DNA of 64,000 nucleotides, from positions 231 to 64,230 of the forward strand of contig JACQNC010000008.1 of the NCBI GenBank assembly GCA_016203225.1. The letters are read 5' to 3'. The position numbers were made by a program, and so were the translations under genes. This stretch comes from Candidatus Woesearchaeota archaeon (GTDB lineage Archaea; Nanobdellota; Nanobdellia; Woesearchaeales; ARS49). This document shows, one piece after another, positions 8,445-17,095 of this stretch. Within the stretch, counting starts at the first letter, position 1. Each line of letters opens with the position of its first letter. The notes under the pieces were generated by a model. It ran no database searches. It saw only the letters and a program-made list of their open reading frames with translations, and had not been told where the DNA came from.

Positions 8445-8458
8445 CCGGGAGAGCTTTT

Positions 8459-10366
8459 TTATTTCTTCTCTGATATCTCCCTCAGAAGCGCGTCGATGAA
8501 CTTCGTGACCTCGATGGCTCCGTGGACCTTGTTGTCGCGCGTGCGGACGTTGACCGTCTTCTCTTTCTGTTCTTTCTCGCCAACGACGAGGATGTATGGG
8601 ATGAGGTCGAGTTGCGCGTTGCGGACCTTCTTGTTCAGCGTCTCGACAGAGTCGTCGATCTCGATGCGGATGTTGTGCCGTCTCAGGTGCAATCCGACTT
8701 CGCCGGCGTACGCGTTGAACTTGTCCGACAGAGGCAGGATGCGGCACTGCACCGGCGCGAGCCAGACAGGGAACTTGCCCTCGTAGTGTTCGATTAGCAC
8801 ACCCATGAAGCGCTCCAACGAGCCCAGGATGGCGCGGTGGATCATGACGGGACGCTTGTGAGTGTTGTCCTTGTCGGTGTATTCGAGCTTGAAGCGTTCC
8901 GGCATCTGGAAGTCGAGCTGGATCGTGGCGAGCTGCCATTCGCGGCCGATGGCGTCCTTTACCTGGAAGTCGATCTTCGGGCCGTAGAACGCGCCCTCGC
9001 CCGCCTTGATGTTGTACTTCATCTTGGCCGCGTCCAGCGCGGCGGCGAGCGATTCTTCAGCCGCGCGCCACGTCTCCGCGTCTCCGATGGCCTTCTCTGG
9101 CTTCGTGCTGAGGTTGGCGACGTACTCCATCTTGAACACGTCGGTGTAGACGTACTTGACGAACGCGAGCAGGTCCTTTATCTCGGACGGGATCTGGTCC
9201 GAGGTGCAGAATATGTGGCTGTCGTCCTGCGAGAACTTCCTCGCGCGGGTCAGGCCGCCGAGCACGCCCCTGAGCTCGTTGCGGTGGAGATAGCAGAAGT
9301 CTGCCACGCGCCACGGCAGGTCGCGGTAGGAATGCGCGTGCGCCTGGTAGATGAGGCAGTGCGACGGGCAGTTCATCGGCTTGAGCGAGAACTCCTCATC
9401 GTCCACGGTGAGGCAGAACATGTTCTCCTTGTAGAAGCCCCAGTGGCCTGACTGTTCCCACAACGCCTTGTTGAAAAGTTGCGGCGTGATGACCTCGACG
9501 TAGCCGCGCTTGACGTATTCCTCACGGATGAACCTCTGGAGTTCGTTATATAATACCGCTCCGCGCGGGAGCAGGAACGGGCTTCCCGGCGACCATTCGT
9601 GGAACATGAACAGGCCGAGTTCCTTGCCGATCTTCCGGTGGTCGCGCTTTGCGACCTCTTCCTGCAGTTTCACCCACGCGTCGAGATCCTTCTGCGACGG
9701 GAAACCGATGCCGTAGACGCGCGTGAGCTGCTTGTTCTTCTGGTCGCCTTTCCAGTAAGCTGAAGAGAGTTTGAGCAGTTTGAACGCCTTGATCAGTCCG
9801 GTGCGAGGAATGTGCGGGCCTTCGCACAAGTCGATGAATTCGCCATCCTTGTATGCCGTGAGGCGAAGCCCTTGCTGGACGAATTCCTCCGCGAGCTGGT
9901 GCTTGTACGGGTTGGCGCTCTGGTGCTTCTTGACGTCGCCGAGCGTCCAGTCCTTTTTCTCGAACGCGAAGTCCGCCTCGACAATCTTCTTCATCTCCGC
10001 CTCGATCTTCGCGAAGTCTTCCGGCGTGATCTTCAGGTCATCGAAGTCGTAGAAGAATCCCTCTTCGATCGGCGGACCGATCGTGTTCTTCGCCTGCGGA
10101 TATATGCGAGAGATGGCATGCGCCAACAGGTGTGCTGTGGAGTGCCAGAACGTCATCTTGCCGTCTGCGTCGGTCCACGTGTTGATCTTGATCTTGGCGT
10201 CCTCTTCTATGGGCAGGAAGAGCGCCCGGACCTTCCCGTTCACACTGATGGATAACGCATCGCTCGCGAGACGCTTGCCGATGCTCTCGGCTATCTGCAT
10301 CCCGGTGACGCCCTTCTCATACTCCTTTTTGCTGCCGTCCGGCAACGTCAGCGTGACCTTTGGCAT
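8459..10366 (-). CDS. thrS: Threonyl-tRNA synthetase (bacterial/eukaryotic type with TGS and editing domains)
   Basis: HSTAHLLAHA and DLCEGPH (editing site), RDHRKIGKEL, LKPMNCPSH, AFYGPKID, HRAILGSLERF. Confidence 0.97.
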   Translation of the reverse strand: MPKVTLTLPDGSKKEYEKGVTGMQIAESIGKRLASDALSISVNGKVRALFLPIEEDAKIKINTWTDADGKMTFWHSTAHLLAHAISRIYPQAKNTIGPPIEEGFFYDFDDLKITPEDFAKIEAEMKKIVEADFAFEKKDWTLGDVKKHQSANPYKHQLAEEFVQQGLRLTAYKDGEFIDLCEGPHIPRTGLIKAFKLLKLSSAYWKGDQKNKQLTRVYGIGFPSQKDLDAWVKLQEEVAKRDHRKIGKELGLFMFHEWSPGSPFLLPRGAVLYNELQRFIREEYVKRGYVEVITPQLFNKALWEQSGHWGFYKENMFCLTVDDEEFSLKPMNCPSHCLIYQAHAHSYRDLPWRVADFCYLHRNELRGVLGGLTRARKFSQDDSHIFCTSDQIPSEIKDLLAFVKYVYTDVFKMEYVANLSTKPEKAIGDAETWRAAEESLAAALDAAKMKYNIKAGEGAFYGPKIDFQVKDAIGREWQLATIQLDFQMPERFKLEYTDKDNTHKRPVMIHRAILGSLERFMGVLIEHYEGKFPVWLAPVQCRILPLSDKFNAYAGEVGLHLRRHNIRIEIDDSVETLNKKVRNAQLDLIPYILVVGEKEQKEKTVNVRTRDNKVHGAIEVTKFIDALLREISEKK

Positions 10367-10422
10367 GACGAGAGGACGGAAGAATGTTGTTTAAAAGTGT
10401 TGCGGTAATGTATTAATAGTCG

Positions 10423-11202
10423 ATGCGCACGGCAACGGATATGGGCGTGGAAGAGACATCTGGAAGGTTGTGTTTGGCGCAGACATTGGTCGAGCGCGTC
10501 TCTGATTGCATCGAGGGGGCGATAGTCGGAGGTTCTGTCGGGTACGGCAACGCGAATGCGGGGTCTGACATCGATCTGCCGGTTCTCGCGATCCCTGAAC
10601 GGGCGTGGGAAGCAATCCGGAGACTCGGGTTCGTGGCGCCGTCCGAAGCGCAGGTGCTGTTCCGCACGCGCGAGATTGACTGTCTCTATCTCTCGGATGT
10701 GTTGGGTGGCATCGAGGTGAACTGCTTCATCTACGATCCCGATGCGTATTCAAACTTTGTTTCAGCAGCGACGCAGGACGGATTGCGCATCTTCCGCTCA
10801 AAAAAACCGCGCGATATGATCAGGAACCCCGGGTTCGACGGCGTGCCTCTTGAGATCCACCGCGAGGTTCAAGAGGTATCCGGAGGTTACGTTTACCGGA
10901 TGCCGACGCTCGCCGGTGGGAACTGGTACATGGCCGCTGTCCGTCAGGATTATTTCTGCTCAGGAAAGATCCTCTTCCAGCGCGACGGTCGCCTGGCCGC
11001 GCTCGAGCAAGCCGTGTGGACGTCTGCCATTGCGCATCTCGTCAAGGAGCACGGGCGCGACGTCGATCTGGGACGCTTCAACATCCTCAACGCTCATTGG
11101 ACGCACCACAACAAACCGGGCAGACTTCCTGAATCCGTCGCGCGCGGGATCGTGGAACGAACCAAGAAGGAGCTCGAGAAGTATCTCCGCAGCCAACAGT
11201 AA
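10423..11202 (+). CDS. Putative nucleotidyltransferase (Pol-beta superfamily)
   Basis: GGSVGYGNANAGSDIDL matches GS-x-x-x-G...SD-x-D. Confidence 0.6.
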   Translation: MRTATDMGVEETSGRLCLAQTLVERVSDCIEGAIVGGSVGYGNANAGSDIDLPVLAIPERAWEAIRRLGFVAPSEAQVLFRTREIDCLYLSDVLGGIEVNCFIYDPDAYSNFVSAATQDGLRIFRSKKPRDMIRNPGFDGVPLEIHREVQEVSGGYVYRMPTLAGGNWYMAAVRQDYFCSGKILFQRDGRLAALEQAVWTSAIAHLVKEHGRDVDLGRFNILNAHWTHHNKPGRLPESVARGIVERTKKELEKYLRSQQ

Positions 11203-11204
11203 CC

Positions 11205-11212
11205 TTTAAATA
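11205..11212 (+). promoter_or_regulatory. TATA box for the rps19e-rpl39e-rpl31e operon
   Basis: TTTAAATA, 82 nt upstream of the rps19e ATG. Confidence 0.5.
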
Positions 11213-11294
11213 CCACCATTCTGGCATTCCGTGTATCTGGGTGTTCTGCAACGACACTCACTGTCGCGCGCAAGCGCAGAATCAGAGGAAAACA

Positions 11295-11906
11295 ATGGGT
11301 TACTATGACGTTCCGGCAGACAAGCTCATCGCATCAGTAGTCGCAGAGCTGAAGAAGGTCGCTCCCGAGGTCAAGCCTCCGAGCTGGGCTCAGTTCGTCA
11401 AGACAGGCATGAGCAAGGAGCGCGCGCCGACGCAGAAGGACTGGTGGCACATCCGCGCGGCTTCGATGCTGCGCAAGATCGGCATGAACGGCCCGATAGG
11501 CACGAGCAAACTCTCGGTGCAGTACGGCAGCAGGAAGAACATGGGCATGGCGCCCGAGCGCTTCAGGCCGGGCAGCACCAACATCATCCGCAAGATCCTG
11601 CAACAGCTCGAAAAAGCGGGTTTGATCAAGCAAGGCGCGAAGGGTGTGCACAAGGGACGCATGATCACGCCGAAGGGCCACAGTCTGCTGGACAAGTCTT
11701 CTGATCACATAATGAAGGAGCTGAAGATAGTCATCCCGAAGACTCCTCCGCCGCCCACGGCAGAGGAGCTGGCAGCGCAGCGCGAAGCCAAGAAGCAGGC
11801 CGTCGCCGCGACGAAGAAGCCGAGAAAAGCGGCGCAAGCAGCCCCTGCACAAGCTCCCCAGGCTACAACCCCAAGTACGATTGATGAGAGTCAAACTAAA
11901 GAGTAA
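11295..11906 (+). CDS. rps19e: 30S ribosomal protein S19e with C-terminal K/A/P-rich extension
   Basis: YDVPADKLI...PSWAQFVKTG...DWWHIRAASMLRK...ILQQLEKAG...KGRMIT. Start reassigned to the ATG at 11295. Confidence 0.96.
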   Translation: MGYYDVPADKLIASVVAELKKVAPEVKPPSWAQFVKTGMSKERAPTQKDWWHIRAASMLRKIGMNGPIGTSKLSVQYGSRKNMGMAPERFRPGSTNIIRKILQQLEKAGLIKQGAKGVHKGRMITPKGHSLLDKSSDHIMKELKIVIPKTPPPPTAEELAAQREAKKQAVAATKKPRKAAQAAPAQAPQATTPSTIDESQTKE

Positions 11907-11910
11907 TCCT

Positions 11911-12084
11911 ATGGCACGAGTCAAGCATCCGTCACGGAAACAACGATTGGTAAAGAAGGGCCGGCAGACGCGCTGGGCGCCGTTCTGGACCGTTCCGAAG
12001 ATCTACGGAAAAGGGCGCCGTGTCCATCCTGGCAGGCATACGCACGTGAAGCGCAATTGGCGCCGTATCAAGACAAAGGCATAA
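11911..12084 (+). CDS. rpl39e: 50S ribosomal protein L39e
   Basis: KQRLVKKGRQTRWAPFW...RHTHVKRNWRRIK, in the canonical S19e-L39e-L31e context. Confidence 0.88.
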   Translation: MARVKHPSRKQRLVKKGRQTRWAPFWTVPKIYGKGRRVHPGRHTHVKRNWRRIKTKA

Positions 12085-12088
12085 TCCG

Positions 12089-12634
12089 ATGGCAACGCTC
12101 GAACGCACCTACATAATCCCTTTGCGGAAAGAATTCCAGAAGGTCCCGACATATAAGAAATCCAAGAAGGCCATGAAGGCAGTCAAGGAATTCATGGCGC
12201 GCCACATGAGGACCGACATGGAGAACGTCAAGGTCATGCGCGAGCTCAACCTCGCGATCTGGAAGCACGGCATCCGTAACCCGCCGCACAAGGTCAAGGT
12301 TCAGTGCACGAAGGACGACAAGGGCGTCGTCCTTGTCCAATTGTTCGGCAAGCCTTTCCCGCAAGCGCCGAAGGCGCCCGAGAAGAAGGGCATCGCCGCG
12401 AAGGTCGCAGAGAGGATCACGGGCAAGAAGGAAGAAGCCAAGAAAGAGACGACGCCTCCAACCAAGCCTGAGGCGAGCAACGAGGGTCACGCGCACGCGA
12501 AGCCTGAAGAGAAGAAAGAAACTCCCAAGCCAGCGCCCAAACCCGCCGCTCCGAAGCCCGCAGCACCCAAAGCTCCTGCTCCTGCCCAGAAACCGGCTCC
12601 GACCCACCGTCAGACTCCGCAACAGGGCCATTGA
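12089..12634 (+). CDS. rpl31e: 50S ribosomal protein L31e with long K/P/A/E-rich tail
   Basis: ERTYIIPLR...KKAMKAVKEFMARHM...LNLAIWKHGIRNPPHKVKV. Confidence 0.95.
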   Translation: MATLERTYIIPLRKEFQKVPTYKKSKKAMKAVKEFMARHMRTDMENVKVMRELNLAIWKHGIRNPPHKVKVQCTKDDKGVVLVQLFGKPFPQAPKAPEKKGIAAKVAERITGKKEEAKKETTPPTKPEASNEGHAHAKPEEKKETPKPAPKPAAPKPAAPKAPAPAQKPAPTHRQTPQQGH

Positions 12635-12695
12635 TTTCTTAGAAAGGTTTTTATTCTCTGTGAGTATCTTGGTGGATACCAAATGAGGTGATTAT

Positions 12696-13436
12696 ATGAG
12701 GACATCCATTCTCGGACTCGCTATCCTGGCAGTCCTAGTGGCTGCATGCGCTCCGGCGCAACAGTCGACCACCGGAAGGGCAGTGTTCGCGTTGACGGAC
12801 GCTGCTGCTGACATGGGCGCGGTTTCGAGCGTCAAAGTGACGGTCGACAGCGTACGCGTCCATAACGACGCGCAAGGCTGGGTCACAGTTACATCGACGC
12901 CCCAGACGTATGACTTGCTCGCGTTGAAGGCGAGCGGCGACACCGTGCTGCTCGCGGACCTGCAGCTCTCGGAAGGGAGCTACCAGCAGATCCGGCTGGA
13001 CATCTCGAGCGTCGTGGTCGTCGATGAGAACGGCACGCACGATGCTAAGCTGCCCTCGGGCGAGCTGAAGATCGTGGGCGGCCTGGACGTTGAAGCGAAC
13101 ACGACCTCCGCGGTCACGTTCGACTTCATCGCGGACGAATCCTTGCACGTGACGGGCAACGGCCAGTACATCATGGCTCCTGTCGTGAAGCTCGAGACCC
13201 GCACCGATGCTGACGTCGAAGTCAGCTCCGACAAGCGCGTCGAGGTCAGCGGCGGTCGCGTCAAGACCGACATCAAGGTCGGTATGGACGTCGCGGGCAA
13301 CGTAGGCGTGGGCCTGTCCATCGCGAAGGACGCGCCTCTCTCTGTCGAGGGCGGCAAGGTCAAGCTCGGGATCGGCGTCGGCGAAGAACGGAAGGCCAAC
13401 GCATCGATGAAGAGCGAAGTGGACGTTACTGCATAA
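12696..13436 (+). CDS. DUF4382-like lipoprotein
   Basis: Lipobox-like LVAAC; FALTDA, YDLLAL, GSYQQIRL, KLPSGELK, FDFIADES. Confidence 0.75.
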   Translation: MRTSILGLAILAVLVAACAPAQQSTTGRAVFALTDAAADMGAVSSVKVTVDSVRVHNDAQGWVTVTSTPQTYDLLALKASGDTVLLADLQLSEGSYQQIRLDISSVVVVDENGTHDAKLPSGELKIVGGLDVEANTTSAVTFDFIADESLHVTGNGQYIMAPVVKLETRTDADVEVSSDKRVEVSGGRVKTDIKVGMDVAGNVGVGLSIAKDAPLSVEGGKVKLGIGVGEERKANASMKSEVDVTA

Positions 13437-13438
13437 AT

Positions 13439-13463
13439 TCTTTTTTCCTTTTCTTTCTTTTTT
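13439..13463 (+). terminator. Oligo-T tract, archaeal-type terminator
   Basis: TCTTTTTTCCTTTTCTTTCTTTTTT directly after the stop at 13436. Confidence 0.6.
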
Positions 13464-13471
13464 CCACCATC

Positions 13472-13479
13472 TTTAAATA
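13472..13479 (+). promoter_or_regulatory. TATA box for cbf5
   Basis: TTTAAATA about 22 nt before the ATG. Confidence 0.6.
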
Positions 13480-13501
13480 GCGTGCGCTGCAAGTTCTCGT
13501 C

Positions 13502-14494
13502 ATGCCCGCGCTCCCGTTCGAACTCCGGAATCCTGAGATCATCGTCAAGAAGAAGGCGAAGACGGACGCGAAGTTCGGTCACGAGCCAGACAAAAGGCCG
13601 ATCGACCAGATACTCACGTACGGCATAGTCAACCTGAACAAGCCTGCCGGACCGTCAAGCCACCAGGTCTCGGCGTACCTGCAGAGCATCCTTAAGCTCG
13701 AGAAGGCAGGGCATTCTGGAACTTTGGACCCGATGGTGACGGGCGTTCTCCCGACAGCGTTGGGCAGAGCGACAAGGATCGTCCAAGCCCTTCTCACGGC
13801 GGGAAAGGAATACGTCGCGCTGATGCACATCCATGATGACGTGCCGCAAGGCAAGATCTACAGCGTCATCAAGGAGTTCACCGGCAAGATAAAGCAGCTC
13901 CCGCCCGTCAGAAGCGCAGTCAAGCGACAGCTCAGGGAACGCGAGATATACTACATCGACGTGATAGAAGTCGACGGCCGTGACGTGCTGTTCAAGATGG
14001 GCTGCCAAGCAGGCACGTACGTGCGGAAGTGGTGTCATGACGTAGGCGAGAAGCTCGGCGTAGGCGCTCACATGGCCGAGCTCGTGCGCACAAAAGCAGG
14101 CCCTTTCCAGTTCAATACGATGGTGACACTCCAGGACATCGAAGACGCGTTGCACTATTATCATGCTGACAAGAACGAGAAGCTCCTCAGGCACTGCATC
14201 CAGCCGGTCGAGAACGGCATCAGGCACCTGTCGAAGATCTGGGTCACGGACTCGGCTGTCGAAAGCCTGTGCCACGGTGCTTTGCTGCACGTGCCCGGCA
14301 TCGTCAAGTTTGAATCGGATCTAGAAGCGGATGAAACTGTCGCTTTGCTTTCCCTGAAAGGCGAACTCATCGCGCTCGGAGTCTCCCGCATCGGAGCTGA
14401 AGAGCTGAGACTCAAGGAGAAAGGCGTCGCAGCGAAGGTCATCGCGGTCTTCATGCAGCCCGGGACGTATCCGAGGATGCAGAGGGAGACTTAG
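13502..14494 (+). CDS. cbf5: H/ACA RNA-guided pseudouridine synthase Cbf5
   Basis: NLNKPAGPSSHQV, GHSGTLDPMVTGVLP, GTYVRK, C-terminal PUA domain. Confidence 0.96.
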   Translation: MPALPFELRNPEIIVKKKAKTDAKFGHEPDKRPIDQILTYGIVNLNKPAGPSSHQVSAYLQSILKLEKAGHSGTLDPMVTGVLPTALGRATRIVQALLTAGKEYVALMHIHDDVPQGKIYSVIKEFTGKIKQLPPVRSAVKRQLREREIYYIDVIEVDGRDVLFKMGCQAGTYVRKWCHDVGEKLGVGAHMAELVRTKAGPFQFNTMVTLQDIEDALHYYHADKNEKLLRHCIQPVENGIRHLSKIWVTDSAVESLCHGALLHVPGIVKFESDLEADETVALLSLKGELIALGVSRIGAEELRLKEKGVAAKVIAVFMQPGTYPRMQRET

Positions 14495-14542
14495 TCTCCC
14501 GCGCACACGAGAACGCTCAGCGTTCGAGGAATGCGGCAGGGA

Positions 14543-15097
14543 TCATGATGCCCGCACCAGTATCCCGGTGAGTCCTCTTGCTAGGAACTCAGCCCCTTCG
14601 GCGAGGTAGAGCGTCTGCTGCTTAACAGGATATCTGCCAAAATTGTCTCGTCCGGCTAACACGACCGCGCGATCGTATTCTGCGCGTGAAACGATGTGCG
14701 CGTCGAACCCTGAGTTCAACATGCGGTCAAGCTCCACACCGAACGCGCTCCGCGTGGTAGTGAAGAGCGTGCCGGCTTCATCTGCGCATAAGAACGTGTG
14801 TATTGCGCGCTCCGCTTCAAATCCCTTGAGGGTGTTCTCGATGTCGCCCTCGCATCTTACTGCGACGATGTCTGCGCTGTAATCGCGTGTTTCCTTGGAT
14901 GGTTTTCCGGTCATGAGCAGCCATCGCGCAGCAGGGAGCATCAGCATCGATGCGCGGCCATACCTCATATGTCCAGAATCTATCGCGCTTCCCGCCGGAG
15001 TCGCGAGCTTCTCATGAGGTTGTTTAGTTATTGTTAGATCATAAGTGCGTTCGAACAAATCACCGGCTGTTATCGTCTCTGTTGTCATCAAAATCAC
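14543..15097 (-). CDS. Hypothetical protein
   Basis: 184-aa ORF filling the gap, with an AT-rich promoter-like region upstream. No motif recognised. Confidence 0.5.
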   Translation of the reverse strand: MILMTTETITAGDLFERTYDLTITKQPHEKLATPAGSAIDSGHMRYGRASMLMLPAARWLLMTGKPSKETRDYSADIVAVRCEGDIENTLKGFEAERAIHTFLCADEAGTLFTTTRSAFGVELDRMLNSGFDAHIVSRAEYDRAVVLAGRDNFGRYPVKQQTLYLAEGAEFLARGLTGILVRAS

Positions 15098-15271
15098 CCT
15101 TTTATTGGCAGAAGCTTTGTCTTCAAAAGCGTTTCGACATTGTCTTTAGTAACCTTTATATAACATCAACCAGTATACGTTTCTCTATATTGAAAAATCG
15201 CAGAGCAACGCTCTGCGGATTGGAGAAGCGCACAATATGCATGAACTTGCGCTTCGACATATTGGTGAGCG

Positions 15272-17095
15272 ATGGTCCTGAACCTCGGCTTTGTTAGTAT
15301 CCAGAATCCTTCGCAGCTCTACTGGCTGCTCTTGGCCATCCCTTTGATCATCTTCTACCTGATCAGGCCCAAGCCGAAGGAGAAGGAGATCCCTTCGTTG
15401 ATGTTCTTCATGAGGGCGACAGGGCGCAACAAGCTACTGAGTTTCTTCCGCATCTTCGTGCGCGACTTCATGATGCTCGTGCAACTCCTCATCATCCTCG
15501 CGTTGGCAGCTACGCCGAGCCAGCCGAGCAGCAAGGTCGAGCATGACATCGCCGCGGCGAACACGGTCATCGTCCTCGACGGATCTGCGAGCATGCAGAC
15601 GATCGAGGACGGCGACACGCGCTTCGAGCTCGCCATCGACGCAGCGAAGGACTCGTTGAGCACGCACAACACGATCATCGTCGCATCGGAACGCGCAGTC
15701 CTCGGAGCGCAGGACGTGAACGACCGCGACGCGACAGGATACCTCAACTTGCTGAAACCGGGTGACTCGGGATCGCGGATCGGTGACTCCATAATCCTCG
15801 CAGGAGAGATATTGCGCGGCAAGGAAGGCCGTGTCGTCGTCATCAGCGACTTCATCTCAACCGCAGGCGTAGAGCCAGAGCTCGCGATGGCGGTCCTGCG
15901 CTCTCGGGGGCTTGTCGTGAACGCCATCAACGTCGCGGAAGGCGACAAGAGAAATGTAGGTTTCGTCGACCTCTTGGTCGAAGACGACGTAACTACAGCT
16001 TATGTCAAGAACTTCAACGACGAGGAAGCCACGGTCACGATGCGCATCGCAGAGCAGGACAAGCAGCTAACTATCTCTGCGAAAGGCGTCGAGCCTTATG
16101 TATTCCAGACCTTGCCTGGCATCAACGAGCTCAAGATCGTGGACGATGACGATTTCCCTGTCGACAACGTCGTCCGCACGAGCGCTCCGGAACGACGGAC
16201 CGTCAAGGTGCTCCTGATCTCGAACAAACCGAGCGTGTTCCTCCAGAACGCGCTTCAGGCGTCGCCGAGCGTCGAGCTCACCATCACGCAACCGCCTGTG
16301 ATCACGAAGGGCGATTACGATGTCTACGTCGTCCATGACGTCGACAAGGCAGAGGTGCTCGCAGGCACGTACGAGGACCTGTTGGATAAGGCCGAGGACG
16401 GCAAGACAGTCATCGTAGCCGCTCAAGACAGCACGTTAGACATCGATTACAAGGGTCTGGTGCCGTTCTATTTCATGGGTTTGGGCGAGAACGGCTTCAG
16501 CGCTGTCGACACGCCGACCAGGTTCACCAAGAACATCGAGTTCGGCAAGCTGCCCACGTACTTCACGACAAACCTGCAGCAGGGCGTCGTTCCGGTAGTC
16601 ACCGCCGGCAACGGCTCGGGCATCATCACGGCCGCGACCGTTCCAGGTGGCGGCAAGCTGATCTGGTACGGCATCCTCGAGAAAGGCAGCGATTTCAAGT
16701 TCTCGCCTTACTACCCGATATTCTGGCACGAACTCCTAAAGTTCGCGACAGACCAGAAGGACATCCGCGGCATGAACGACCGCACCGGCAACACGTACCT
16801 GCTCGACAAGACCCTTGACGTGAGCACGCCTTCGGGACCTCAGACCACCAACCGGTTGAGTTTCGACAAGGCAGGATTGTACAGATTGCCCGACCGCACG
16901 ATCGCGGTCAACCTTCTCAGCGAGAAGGAATCCGACGTCAACCCGCGCGTCGACATCGGTGAGAGCGCCGGCGAGATCGAGCTCAGGCCCGTGCGCGAGA
17001 CGCGCACCATGGCGTGGGAAGTCTGGCTCATCGCGGCGTCATTCGTAATACTCTTCGTCGAACTGCTCTACGTGAAGCTGCGGGGTGACGTGTGA
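15272..17095 (+). CDS. BatA-like N-terminus plus vWA-domain membrane protein
   Basis: N-terminal TM with LIRPKPKEKEIPSLMF; MIDAS LDGSASM and VISDF; C-terminal TM. Confidence 0.85.
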   Translation: MVLNLGFVSIQNPSQLYWLLLAIPLIIFYLIRPKPKEKEIPSLMFFMRATGRNKLLSFFRIFVRDFMMLVQLLIILALAATPSQPSSKVEHDIAAANTVIVLDGSASMQTIEDGDTRFELAIDAAKDSLSTHNTIIVASERAVLGAQDVNDRDATGYLNLLKPGDSGSRIGDSIILAGEILRGKEGRVVVISDFISTAGVEPELAMAVLRSRGLVVNAINVAEGDKRNVGFVDLLVEDDVTTAYVKNFNDEEATVTMRIAEQDKQLTISAKGVEPYVFQTLPGINELKIVDDDDFPVDNVVRTSAPERRTVKVLLISNKPSVFLQNALQASPSVELTITQPPVITKGDYDVYVVHDVDKAEVLAGTYEDLLDKAEDGKTVIVAAQDSTLDIDYKGLVPFYFMGLGENGFSAVDTPTRFTKNIEFGKLPTYFTTNLQQGVVPVVTAGNGSGIITAATVPGGGKLIWYGILEKGSDFKFSPYYPIFWHELLKFATDQKDIRGMNDRTGNTYLLDKTLDVSTPSGPQTTNRLSFDKAGLYRLPDRTIAVNLLSEKESDVNPRVDIGESAGEIELRPVRETRTMAWEVWLIAASFVILFVELLYVKLRGDV

